The notes under the pieces were generated by a model, which saw only the letters and a program-made list of their open reading frames with translations, searched no databases and was not told where the DNA came from. A stretch of 64,000 nt of DNA, taken from NCBI GenBank assembly GCA_002269645.1, contig NIVC01000199.1, forward strand, positions 372,001 to 436,000, written 5' to 3'. Source of the DNA: Macrostomum lignano (taxonomy: Eukaryota). A program made the translations under genes and the position numbers. Below, piece by piece: positions 23,331-36,200 of the stretch. Position 1 is the stretch's first letter. Each line of letters begins with the position of its first letter.

Positions 23331-25169
23331 AAGTGCTACCCCTGGGCCCTGGCCCTATAGCCTAGGGCCTAGGCCTAGTGCTACCTAGGGGTAGAAAAAA
23401 ATTATACCCCTAACTACAAAAAACTGCTGCCTCATATGCACAAAATGTCGCTAGCTAATTGGTTTATATATTCTAGTTAAGTTAATGAGTGTTAAAGTTT
23501 AAAAAATCAAATTTGTTAGCTATGACCATAGATACAAGATACTAGGCCTAGAATAGGTATCCACGCTTTTCGGTGCCTGTGCTTTTCGGTGCCCGGCATT
23601 TCGGTGCCCCAGCTTGCTTTTCGGTGCCCAAATTATACATTGGAATTGGACACAAGAATATAGAAATTGAGCCCTTATAATTTGGCAGTGAGTGCTTTGT
23701 CTTTGCAGTACTTACTTACTTTAAAAAACAAGTATTATTCATTTTGTTAAGCTGACCTGGTGTTTTAATTCAAAAAACGGTTTTCGAAATTACTCGATTC
23801 GATTTACTTCTTCATGTCGCTTGCCGCGTCTCATCCGCGTCAAAATTTTAAACTAATGCCCCAAATGCGCTTATAATAAAATCTTATAGATTATGGTCCA
23901 ATCATTTCAGCAGTGTTGGGCAAGTTACTCAAAAAAAGTAACTTGCGTTACTGTAACTAAAGTTACCAATTTTGTAAAAAGTAACTTACGTTAGCCTAGT
24001 AACTTTAGACAAAACCCCGGTAACTTTTAAGTTACTGTCCGTTACTCACTTCCGTTACCCATGTTATTTTCTGCTTTTTTCAAATTGCACATTTTTTCAC
24101 ATTGTTGTTACCGAAATTTGCCATTGGGCATTGGTATTAAGCGATTAACAGACAGAGACAGGAATTGGCGACACGATGTAAGGCAAGTAGAAGGACCAAT
24201 GGGCAATGGCAATCAATAATTAAAATTATAAATGATAAAATAAACGAATATCAATAATTCAATAGAGTAAAATAAATAGAACTGTATAAAATGGTGTAGT
24301 GTACTGCAGTGCCAGTGGAGGGACTTGTGGAGACCACAGATGAATTTCTTTCTTTGGTTGTTTGTTTGAATCAAACTTGAAAATTTTCATAGTAACTTGA
24401 AAATGAAAGGCGAAAATATTTTACCGAAATTAACAAAGTAAAACATGTTTCAAGTATTTCTTCATTAATTATTGATACTATTGATACTATTCACATAATT
24501 TTGAATTTAGGAATTAAAAATGCTAAAACATGTGACAACCGGCGTAATAGCTAAGCATTTCACTTTTAAATTTAAATATTGCGATAGTTGCAAAGTATTT
24601 CTGTAACGGACTTATGACCGGATTTTCAGTTCCACGTTCAGTTCCACGAAAATAAATAAACAAAAAATCAAATGCATACTACAGCAAGGAAAATCTTTTT
24701 AAAATTAAACTAAAAGCATTTTTGCAATATAACATCTGAGTAGACCTTACACCAAAAATATCTTTTCAATTCAACATCTGTGAGCTTCGTGGCACACCTC
24801 GAATGCTGAAATGGAGAGATTTCTTCCTGCTTTTTTATCTGTTGTGGAGACGCATCGTTCGCCACAGCGGCAAAAAACACCTGAGCTTGTTTGGCAACGC
24901 TGGCGACCTCAGCCTCTTTTTCTCGTCTGTTGAAAGCACAGAAAGAGGTGGGTTCAAGCGTTGACAGCATATTGAAGACCGAGATGCTGACTGTGTCTGC
25001 TGACGTATCAGCGGACCTGACATGCCACGACGCAGACGCACGCTGCCAGCAGTGGTTCATCACATCAGCGGTCTGGTGCTCCATGTGGAGAGGAAAACCT
25101 TTCATATGAGGAGCCAGGCCCGAACCCATTGATCAATCCAAACTAGATGTACACGTATAGCTGTTCTAC

Positions 25170-25330
25170 GTGTTCTCTATACACTATAGGCCGATGCGTC
25201 TGCGCAGCGCAGGAAGCCGTCGTTAGCCGAGGAGACTGCGGTCCGAAGCACCCAGTGGCAGCAGCACGAAGAGAAAAGGGGCCAAAGTGTCGCCATGCAG
25301 AACTCCTGATGAAGTGTCGAACTGATGATG
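25170..25330 (-). pseudogene. LINE RT fragment
   Basis: FDTSSGVLHGDTLAPFLFVL is the GVxQGDxLAPxLF RT motif. Confidence 0.75.
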
Positions 25331-25879
25331 ATTTACATGTATGTAATCGCCCTACTAGTGAACCGTCTTCTCATTGGGGAAGGATCAGATCGTATGACTA
25401 TATGGATGGCTGCCAGCCGTCTATGACCAGACTATGACCGACAGATCGCCCTTCAGGTTGTCCCGCCCATGCATATTGATAACTTTTTGGTAGTGCTATA
25501 TTAGAGACGCGGTAAGGACCCAAATGTGCCCCATCGATAGCTAAGGTGCAAATATTGATCATCGGGTTATTGCATGACCCACTGGCTGCCACCACTCTGT
25601 GACCTGGCGAACCTGGATCTACGGTATGACCAGACCTGGCGAGGCCGGAGCCCCGCCTGGGATGGGTATCAAAGGGTTGGAGCTAGCGGCGAGCAGCATG
25701 CAGCCGAATAGCTAATAGGAATCTGCTTGGGCACAAATTGAGAACTCCGCGGGATCATACAGACGGATTTTTTTCAGGGGATCTTTTAAGGCTGTGATGA
25801 CATACGGTTCAGATTGCAAAAAGTACATGTAGGTTGGTCAAGGTGGCATTGAGCGTCGGACTGGTTGTCAACACGCTAA

Positions 25880-26450
25880 AGACCTAGGTGCTGACTGTGC
25901 CGGCCGACATCCCAGCGCTAGCGGACCTGACATGTCGCCTCGCAGACGTCCAGTCCGAAGCGCTGCCCGACCGCCAGAGGGCTCGTCGGCTGTGGCAGGC
26001 GGTGTGCTCTACAACCCCGAGACGTGGACACTGACGGCTACGCTTAGAGCGGCAGCTGGACTCGGCGCATTCAGGGCTGCTCCGTGCGACCTTTCGAGCT
26101 GACGAGAGCGTCGGGACTGAGGCCCTGTACGATCGGGCCATGCTGCAGCGCTCCACCATCCTGCGCCGGCGGCGACTTCAACTGGCGGGCCACGTACGTG
26201 ATCCGGGCCGAGGGCTACTGCCCCCAACCTGTTCAGGACGTCCTGTTGCTCACTCTGCAGGGCCCGCTCAGGCGGGGTCAGGCCCAAACCCGTCGATACG
26301 TGGACTGCCTCCTACGTACGCGACGCCAGGGCGCCCGACACTGCCAACGGGGCGGACTTCGTCCGCTCTCAGGCTCTGCGGCGCGCCATCTGAAGCACCC
26401 TGCTCTGTGACTTTGATTGCTAGCTGCATAATTTGTTGTTGTTGTTGCTG
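25880..26450 (+). mobile_element. 5'-truncated LINE 3' end (RTE-like C-terminus) with (TTG)n tail
   Basis: VLYNPETWTLT..LERQLDSAH..ILRRRRLQLAGHVIRAEGYCPQPVQDVLLL..RRGQAQTRRYVDCL with frameshifts. TGA near 26390, then TTG repeats. Confidence 0.78.
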
Positions 26451-26872
26451 TTATGAGCTAACTTTTACAGTGTATATATTTTTTATTCATTTAAGTAAAA
26501 CAATTAGTTTAAACAAGTTATACTTCATATAGTCCTAGGTAATTTTTTCTAGTTTTAAGAGTATCTAAAAACTAAAACAAAGTTCATCTACGCGTAAATA
26601 TTTAATACCAACATTATAGAGTGACAGTTTTGCTCAGCAAAGACATTTGAGCATGACTTTTAATGCTTATATTTTATTTTTAGAGGTTAAATTTTCAAAG
26701 AAAGTGCAGATAAATTAAATATCTTTTTTAATTATATAATTATATATACATGTAAGTAAAATTAAAATTAAAATTGTAATTATAATATGTAATTAATATT
26801 ATAATTTTATATTGAAATATAATATATTAATAAATTTATATTGAAGAGAGGGTGTGTAAGGAAACTTTCGTT

Positions 26873-27062
26873 CAGTAGTGCAATCAGAAATTTTATGAGG
26901 GGGGCGGATACTGGAGGGTAAAGTCCCGGGAGGTGGGGCGGACGGGGTGGCTCTGTTTTGGCGAAAATTCGCTTGGTTCCCCCTTTGATTCTTTGATTTT
27001 TTGGGTCTCCGCGCCTATAAGAGGGGGGCGACCGCCCCCGCCCCCACCTGGTTGCGCCACTG
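26873..27062. mobile_element. About 190-bp hAT-like MITE (CAGTGGCG-type termini)
   Basis: Imperfect TIRs CAGTAGTGCAATCAG and CTGGTTGCGCCACTG, with a GC-rich GGGGGGCGACCGCCCCC subterminal. The TSD is degenerate. Confidence 0.6.
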
Positions 27063-27500
27063 CCTTTGCCTTAGTGTATTCTCATTCAAAGCACTTCGAA
27101 AGCAATGTGCTTTTGAATTTCGTGTGCATAAGTTTCATATGCGCGCTAAAATGACTGACGAAAAAAATACAATAAAATGTAAACCTATCATTAAAAAATA
27201 AAATAATTTAAATATTCATTGCAATGGAAATGCTTTTTTTCGATGTTTAAGTGCAATTGGAGCATAAATGTTTTTACTTTGTTTATACACTAACTATTTA
27301 GAGGCAATCCGGAGTGAATTAATTTAAATTTCGGAACTGAACCGAGAACTGAAAATCCGGTCATAACGGACTTCCGAAATTTGAGTAACTTATCGTTACT
27401 CCGTTACTAAAATAAAAAAGTAACTTGCGTAAGGAACTCTTTACGAAAAAGTAACTTGCGTTACCATTTGCAAGTTACTCGGTAACGGAAGTGCCCAACA

Positions 27501-29364
27501 CAAGGACTTCTAGACTAACAGGACGTAAAACTCAAAGATCGTGCAATTTTTTGGAGGCCACGATTTCCTGGAAAAAATACACTGCGAAGATAGGAAAAAA
27601 TCAGTTTTTTGTCACAAAATCTGTGATTGTATTTGATCTGGGGCAGTGAAGACTACCATTCTTTTAATTTAACATGCACAATATGTTACTCTATTATATT
27701 TTCATATAGCTGTGTGGTGAAGTTTTCATTTTCATATTGTTTTCACTTTATTTCATAAGCCCAAAGTTGCAAACTCACAAGTGGCATTAGCCAAACTTTT
27801 TGTGTTGTTCTTTTTAAAATAAAGTATAAAAACATTGCATGTAGGTACTCTTAGTCTTAAGCTATTATTGTAGGTTTAGTAACTATACTAATTCCTAGGC
27901 CTACTAGAACTAGACCTATCACTACACTATCTAGCCTAATAAGTAATTAAAATTTAGACAATGACTTAGAGATTAGTATATTTAGATTTTTTATTATATA
28001 TAGATTACCAATAAATAGTTTCATATGGTTGGTTACCTAGGCTTGAGAAAGCTGTATTATCAGTTTTAAGGCCAAGCCTATATTTAGGACTAAGATTTAA
28101 GAAGAATAGACTTAATCACAAAAGGCAGTGCTTATCCCCACGGTACCGTAGGAATAATTTCTGTCTTATCCCAACGGTACCGTGCGAATAATTTTCTGCT
28201 TATCCGCACGGCACACTGAGGAGATAGCTGCCCTATCTTCTACATATGCCGTGCGAATAATTTTCTGCTTATCCGCACGGCACACTGACGAGATAGCTGC
28301 CCTATCTTCTACATATGCCGTGCGAATAATTTTCTGCTTATCCGCACGGCACACTGAGGAGATAGCTGCCCTATCTTCTACATATGCCGTGCGAATAATT
28401 TTCTGCTTATCCGCACGGCACACTGACGAGATAGCTGCCCTACACGTCCTCTGTTTTATTCCCTCTGCTTTATTACTAGCTGCCCTATCTGCTACATATA
28501 TATGCTGTGCTGTGCGTGAATAGTTTATAGCTTATTGAAAGGGAATTTGAACTGAGGATACTAAGAAGCTGTTGATCTTGATGTAAAAACTCGAATAAGT
28601 TCTAGACTAGTATATGCATGTGTAAATGCGTGTTATTCTGCTTTACTGATACCCTTCTGTATACTTATTCAACAATAATTCCACAAAGTTGTTATACTGC
28701 ACTCAAATCGTATGTACTAAACTTCCCACACGGCATATATAGAAGATAGGGCAGCTATCTCGTCAGTGTGCCGTGCGGATAAGCAGAAAATTATTCGCAC
28801 GGCATATGTAGAAAATAGGGCAGCTATCTCCACAGTGTGCCGTGCGGATAAGCAGAAAATTATTCGCACGGTACCGTTGGAATAAGACAGAAATTATTCC
28901 TACGGTACCGTGGGGATAAGCACTGCCATCACAAAAATAGGCCCTAACCATTTTTACTAGGTATCTATAAGAAAAAACATTGATTAGTCCTTTTATAATT
29001 TTTATTTTAAAGGCTAAAAATATTATTATATTACAAATTTGAATAGCTTTTCTTTTCTTGAATTTGATATTTGGCTAATGCCACTTGTGAGTTTGCAACT
29101 TTGGGCTTATGAAATAAAGTGAAAACAATATGAAAATGAAAACTTCACTACACAGCTATATGAAAATATAATAGAGTAACATATTGTGCATGTTAAATTA
29201 AAAGAATGGTAGTCTTAACTGCCCCAGATCAAATACAATCACAGATTTTGTGACGAAAAACTGATTTTTTCCTATCTTCGCAGTGTATTTTTTCCAGGAA
29301 ATCGTGGCCTCCAAAAAATTGCACGATCTTTGAGTTTTACGTCCTGTTAGTCTAGAAGTCCTTG
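27501..29364. mobile_element. Non-autonomous long-TIR element (295-bp TIRs, CAAGG termini, 8-bp TSD; P/Galileo-like)
   Basis: TIRs 27501-27795 and 29070-29364 are near-identical. TSD GCCCAACA at 27493-27500 and 29365-29372, inside the right TIR of the hAT element. Confidence 0.9.
28124..28927. mobile_element. Foldback/MULE-like MITE with 69-bp tandem repeats in its arms
   Basis: TIR GGCAGTGCTTATCCCCACGGTACCG. 9-bp TSD ATCACAAAA at 28115-28123 and 28928-28936. About 4 units of 69 bp lie in the left arm and about 2 in the right. Confidence 0.9.
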
Positions 29365-32300
29365 GCCCAACACTGCATTTCAGCTTATCAAATAATACAC
29401 ACTTCATTTCCTAAGCAGTTTTATGAAACAAAACATGATTGTCGCGTGTGATTCAAAAAATCAATACTAACTAAAATACATGTAGACTTGTCACATTTCA
29501 TAATTTTGATCAAAATTACATGTAGCATCGTTAATGGATTTCAACTTTACCTAACTAAGTCTTCATAGCACTGGCACGCTTGCTGAGTGCCGCCAGATTA
29601 TATTGTATATTACATCATGATTACGTACTGTACAGCAAATGCATGCAATTAAATTGACCGGATTTTTCTAAATTTAAGAAGCGTGCCAGCTTAACAAAAT
29701 GAACACTGCTTTTATTAGAAATATCGAACGTTTTGTAAAGTATTTATTATATTTGTTATATGAATTCATTTTTATTATCATCATTTCGGCGTCATAAATT
29801 AAGGCACCGAAAAGCAATCTGGGGCACCGAAATGCCGGGCACCGAAAAGCACGGGCACCGAAATGCATGGAAACCCTAGAATATATGCTTCTAGCTAGAA
29901 TGTATGCTTCTTTGCTACTGAAGTGAAAGTAGAAAGCTGTTTATTTAGTATATATACCTAAGTGGCCCTGGCCCATCTAGTTATTTTAGTAATAGGCCTA
30001 GCATCTGTGATTATGATGTCATATGATACATACAATAATTGGCCTGTCAAACTTTTGAGCTTTTAAGATAGAGCTTTTGATTGCAAAAACTATTACAATC
30101 CATATATTAAAAATGGTTTGTTTGCATGTCTGTGATCAATTTTAGCAAAAATTTTCATTTTTAGTATATACCCAATCAAAAAAAGTTGTCTTAATTATGT
30201 CTTGAAAATGTCTTGCATAAGATAGAAAGATGTCTTCAAGACGTCTTATAATTGACTTAATTCGGTCTAAAAATTGGCTCCTTGCAACACTTGTAGACAG
30301 CTTAGAGATAACTTAAAGACGTTTTAAGACATCTTCAAGACATCTTAAAATCTGCTCAAAGACATCTTCCAGATGACTTGCAAAAGATGTCTTGCCCAAG
30401 ATCATTTAAGAAATGCTGTTACCATGGTAATCAAAATTGTTTAAAAGAAATGACAAAAAGTATTACAGCACTCTTTTATTGGTTTCATTTCAGGCAACAT
30501 TAATATTAAAGAAAAGCTTTTTGAGCTTCTAATTATGGTTCAACGCAATTTATCATTTATTTTTTGATTTTATAAAAGGTACAGATTAAAAGTCACAAAA
30601 GCAATTAAAATGGTGAATCGAAAACAAGTAAAAATACAATATTTAATAAAAGTGCAAAAATATTCAATTGTATAAATATATAATGCATCATACCCAGTCA
30701 TTGCATGGAAAGACTTAGTTAATGCAATAATGACTAAGTTGCTCATTGCTTGGTAAAAAGCTTGCTGTCAATTGATCCTTTGCTAGCCAATTACTAGTTT
30801 AGAATTGGCTCAATCCAGGAAGATTCAAGACCCAGGTTAGCTTGCACAATGATAAATAGCATGTGTTGATAACAGTGGCTGAAAAGGATAAATTTAAAAA
30901 GGGTTATAGTTTATAGTTAAGTTTTAATAATTTCAAATTTATAGGCCTAAGTAAAAAGAATTAGATAATAAAAAATAAATAAATAATAATTCTACTTTAA
31001 AACATTTATAAACAAATTACCTATAAGCTATACAATAGCTTAGCCTTAGGCTCAAATATGTAGGCTAAGGCTTAGGGGCCTAGGGCCTAATCTCAAGGCA
31101 AAATAAAAAGATTGGAATGCCAATTTTATAAAACTTCTAACTTCTAAGTATACTAACTATTTTTAAATCTATTAGGCCTAGGCCTAATCCAATTTTTGAA
31201 TATGATATAATAAATTAGGCCTAGGCCTATATATAGCCATATTAGGCTATCTATTTTTTATTTTAAATTTTCATTGGCCTAGCCTTAAAACAATGGCACC
31301 TATAATCTATATATAGTATATTGAAAGCATATGTACATTGCCATTAGCCACTAATAAAGGCAAAGAAAAAGGCAAAAGCAATAATATAGGGCTTAAGCCT
31401 AAAGAAATTATTTAATTTTGACATAAAAATCAAAACAAAATTTTTAGGCTTAAAGATAGAGCTAAGAGGCCTATAACAAATTAGCCTTGATAAGCCAATC
31501 AATAGGCCTAGCTATAAAATTCTAACTTTAAATAAAAAACAGAAGTAAATAAAACACTTTATACTTATATAATGCATAGGCCATAGTTAATGCCTGAATC
31601 TTTTAAGGCCTAACTTAAAAAATTTAAACATGACTTTGCATTAGTTAACTAGTGCTTATCTTAGCCAGGCATAGTATGCCATAGGCTTAGATAGAGTGGC
31701 CTAACTAAAAGAACATTGTATTTATATTTTAGTTTAGTCTAATTTAAAAATTATAATTTGGAAATCAGGATATTACAATTCTATTTCACAAAGATATAAA
31801 ACTATATTCTGGGTTCTTTGTTTGCACCTGCCATTAAGATGGGAAATCAAATCCTGGAAGCTATCCAAGGAAGGACTAAGTAAAAGACTAGGAAGGTCTA
31901 ACTTGAGGATAGTAAATGTAAATCATCACTAATACACTATCACAGTAAGTAAGGATAAACCTAGGGTAGGGCTTAGGCCAGAAATCTATATAGGCTATAG
32001 CAGCCAATGAAAAATCGAAACTTATCACACAAGATAGAAACAAGTGTTCGACAATTAGGCCCCTAATCATTAATTGATGATCATTAATCATGCCCAGAGG
32101 GTTGTCTTTAGTTTTTTTTTAAAAATGATGTTCCGCCATTTTGTTTTTGGCTGTTTTGAACAAAAGCATCACCGATAAGAATATATATTGCATCTTTGTC
32201 TATTTTTAATTCTGAGATGTTTAGATTTTTGTAAATATTTTTACCATCATCAATATTGTTGTAATTAAACTGTCTTTAAGTTTATAACGACCCAATATAA

Positions 32301-32779
32301 AAAATTGCATATATTGTGCTTCAAAAAAGCTTAAAGGGTTATTTAAAATAAGCACACCTTCCACAGACTACAACTCAACGAAAATTAGCAATAAACATCA
32401 CAATAGTGCTTGATTTTCTTTTTTATCGATTTAGTGATCTGGATAAATTTGTGTCTGAAATTTCCTACTTACAGTAGAAACAGTAGTTTATGTAATTTTT
32501 TGTCTTTAAGGTGATATCTTAAAGATGTCTTAAACAAGACATCTCATAAAAGTCAATTTTAAGTCATCTTGAAGACAGCTTCGTCAGGATGGCTTGTAGA
32601 AGCAAAGTTAAAGATATCTTGAAATTGTCTTGAGGTGTCTTTAGCCATCTTACTAGCAATCTTTGCCCCCCAATGGGGGACATCTGGATAGAATCCTTGT
32701 TCTTTACAAATAACAAATAGACAGCAAAATAAAGCCTTCATAAAAAACAACAGACATTCCCTCTAAAAACAAAACATCC

Positions 32780-33225
32780 CAAGACAGCAAGCATCCTCAG
32801 AAAGCATTCAAGTATCGATCCCCAAATAGCGAAATCCTCCAGACTGCAAGCATCCCCCAGATAGCAAGCATCTCCCCGATAGCAAGCAACCCCAGATAGC
32901 AAGCATCCCCCAGATAGCAAGCATCCCCAGACCCCAGATAGTAAGCATCCCCCAGACTGCAAGCAACCCCTGATAGCAAGCATCCCCCAGATAGCAAGCA
33001 TCCCCCAGACCGCAAGCAACCCCGGATGGCAAGCATTAACCTGGATACAAAGAGACCTTATAGATATCTAGCAGCCCCCTCTTAGATAGCAAGTACCCTC
33101 CACCCCCCAAGAGCAAGCATCTCCCAATAGCAAGTTACCCCAGTAGCAAGCATCCTTCCGATAGCAAGCATCCCCTTGATAGCAAGTATCCATCCTTAAA
33201 TAGCAAGCATCCACCAGAGAAAGTA
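32780..33225. repeat. 17-18-bp minisatellite (CCCCCAGATAGCAAGCA)n, second array
   Basis: Same unit as 20215-21085, more diverged. Confidence 0.9.
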
Positions 33226-33229
33226 GCTA

Positions 33230-36200
33230 GTGCTAACATAGTGGCTCTTCTATGTTTACCATGGCGGCCCTTTTACGTTTGAAATGTTGTCTCTGTTATG
33301 TTTGACATGATGGCTCTTCTATGTTTGACATGGTGTCTCTTCTTTGTTTGACATGGTGGCTTAGTTGTTTGACATGGTGGCTCTTTTATGTTTGACATGC
33401 AGTCACATATATGTTTGACATGATGGCGCTTTAATGTTTGACATGGAGTCACGTATATGTTTGACATGGTGGCTCTTTTATGTTTGGCATGGTGGCTCTT
33501 TTATGTTTAACATGGTGGCTCTTTAATGTTCAACATGGTAGCTCTTTAATGTTTGACATTGAGTCACGTAAATGTTTGACATGATGGCCCTTTTATATTT
33601 TACATGGTAGCTCTTTTATATTTTACATGGTGGCTCTTTATGTTTGACATGGTGTCTCTTCTATGTTTGACATGGTGGCTCTTTAATGTTCGCCATGGTG
33701 GCTCTTTTATGTTTGACATGGTGTCTCTTCTTTGTTTGACATGGTGGCTAAGTTGTTTGACATTTGGCTCTTTAATGTTTGACATTGAGTCACGTATACG
33801 TTTGACATGATGGCGCTTTAATGTTTGACATGGAGTCACGTATATGTTTAAAATGGTGGCTCTTTTATGTTTGGCATGGTGACTCTTTTATGTTTGACAT
33901 GGTGGCTCTTTAATGTTCGACATGGTGGCTCTTTAATGTTTGACATTGAGTCACGTACACGTTTGACATGATGGCTCTTTTATATTTTACATGGTAGCTC
34001 TTTTGTATTTTACATGGTGGCTCTTTAATGTTCGACATGGTAGCTCTTTAATGTTTGACATGGTGGCTCCTTAAGGTTTGACATTAAGTCACGTATATGT
34101 GGCTGTTTTATGTTTGACATGATGGCTTTTGTAAATTTGACATGGTGGCTCTTTTATGTCTGACATGGTAGTTCTTTTATGTTTGACATAGTGGCTTTTT
34201 ACTGTTTGAGATTGAGTCACGTGTATGTTTCACATGGTGGCTCTTTTATGTTCGACATGGTGGCTCTTTAATGTTTGACGTGGTGGCTCTTTAATGTTTG
34301 ACATGATGGCTCTTTAATGTTTGACATAGTGGCTCTTTAATGTTTGACGTGGTGGCTCTTTAATGTTTGACATGATGGCTCTTTAATGTTTGACATAGTG
34401 GCTCTTTAATGTTCGACATGGTGGCTCTTTAATGTTTGACGTAGTGGCTCTTTAATTTTTGACATGGTGGCTCTTTAATGTTTGACATGGTGGCTCTTTA
34501 ATGTTTGTCATGGTTGCTCTTTAATGTTTGACATGCTGGCTCTTTAATGTTCGACATGGTGGCTCTTTAATGTTCGACATGGTTGCTCTTTTATGTTTGA
34601 CATGGTGGCTCTTTAATGTTTGACTTGGTGGCTCTTTAATGTTCGAAATGGTGGCTCTTTAATGTTCGAAATGGTGGTTTTTTAATGTTTGACATAAAAA
34701 CACCTATATGTTTGACATAAAGTCACTGATATGTTTGACATAAAGTCACTTTTACGTTTGACTAGTGGCTCTTTAAAGTTTGACATGGTGGCTCTTTAAT
34801 ATTCTACATGGTGGCTCTTTAATGTTCGACATGGTGGCTCTTTTATGTTTGACATGGTGGCTATTTAATGTTCGAAATAGTGGCTCTTTAGTGTTTGACA
34901 CGGTGGCTTTTTAATGTTCGACATAGTGGCTCTTTAATATTCTACATTCTGGCTCTTTTATGTTCGATATGGTGATTCTTTAATTTTCTTCATGGTGGTT
35001 CTTTAATATTCGAAATGGTGGCTCTTTCATGTTCGAAATGGTGGCTCTTTAATGTTCCACATGGTGGCTCTTTAATGTTTGACATGCTAGCTCTTTAATG
35101 TTCGACATAGTGACTCTTTTACGTTTGACATGGTGGCACTTTAATGTTCGACGTGGTGGCTCTTTAATGTTAGACATGGTGGCTCTTTAATGTTAGACAT
35201 GGTGGCTCTTTAATGTTCGACATGGTGGCTCTTTAATGTTAGACATGGTGGCTCTTCTATGTTTGACATGGTGGCTCTTCTATTTTTGACATGGTGGCTC
35301 TTTAATGTTCGACATGGTGGTTCTTTAATGTTCGACATGGTGGTTATTTAATGTTTGACATGGTGGCTCTTTAATGTTTGACATGGTGGCTCTTTAATGT
35401 TCTACATGGTGGCCCTTTAATGTTCGACATGGTGGCTCTTTACTGTTAGACATGGTGGCTCTTTAATGTTCGATATGGTGGCACTTTAATGTTTGACATC
35501 ATGCCAGATTTATGTTTAACATGGTGGCTCTTTAATGTTCTTCATGATGTAGCTCTTTTATGTTACACATGGTGGCACTTTAACGTTCGACATGGTGGCT
35601 CTTTAATGTTTGACATAAAGTCACATATATGTTTGACATGGTGGCTCTTTTATGTTCGACATGGTGGCTCTTTTATGTTCGACATGGTGGCTCTTTAATG
35701 TTTGACATGGTGGCTCCTAATTGTTTGACATGGTGGCTCTTTAATGTTCAAAATGGTGGCTCGTTAATGTTCAAAATGGTGGCTCTTTAATGTTCGAAAT
35801 GGTGGCTCTTTTATGTTTGACATGGTGGGTCTTTTATGTTTGACATGATGGCCCTTTTATATTTTACATGGTAGCTCTTTTATATTTTACATGGTGGCTC
35901 TTTATGTTTGACATGGTGTCTCTTCTATGTTTGACATGGTGGCTCTTTAATGTTCGCCATGGTGGCTCTTTTATGTTTGACATGGTGTCTCTTCTTTGTT
36001 TGACATGGTGGCTAAGTTGTTTGACATTTGGCTCTTTAATGTTTGACATTGAGTCACGTATACGTTTGACATGATGGCGCTTTAATGTTTGACATGGAGT
36101 CACGTATATGTTTAAAATGGTGGCTCTTTTATGTTTGGCATGGTGACTCTTTTATGTTTGACATGGTGGCTCTTTAATGTTCGACATGGTGGCTCTTTAA

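Larger units (their letters stand above)
24614..27364. mobile_element. TIR element with 9-bp TSD (MULE-like, tentative)
   Basis: TIR ATGACCGGATTTTCAGTTC. TSD AACGGACTT at 24605-24613 and 27365-27373. The exact TIR/TSD boundary is ambiguous by 1-2 nt. Confidence 0.8.
23911..29375. mobile_element. Non-autonomous hAT-like element
   Basis: TIR CAGTGTTGGGC and many subterminal GTAAC/GTTAC motifs. 8-bp TSD CATTTCAG at 23903-23910 and 29376-29383. Confidence 0.88.
23556..29875. mobile_element. Non-autonomous TIR element (GG termini, 8-bp TSD; Merlin-like), outermost member of the nest
   Basis: About 80-bp TIRs GGT(A/T)TCCA(C/T)GC..TTCGGTGCC. TSD CTAGAATA at 23548-23555 and 29876-29883. Confidence 0.85.

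Noticed and set aside
24710-25129. 139-aa minus-strand ORF inside the 9-bp-TSD element as its transposase
   Set aside because: No recognisable catalytic motif, so it is left unassigned.
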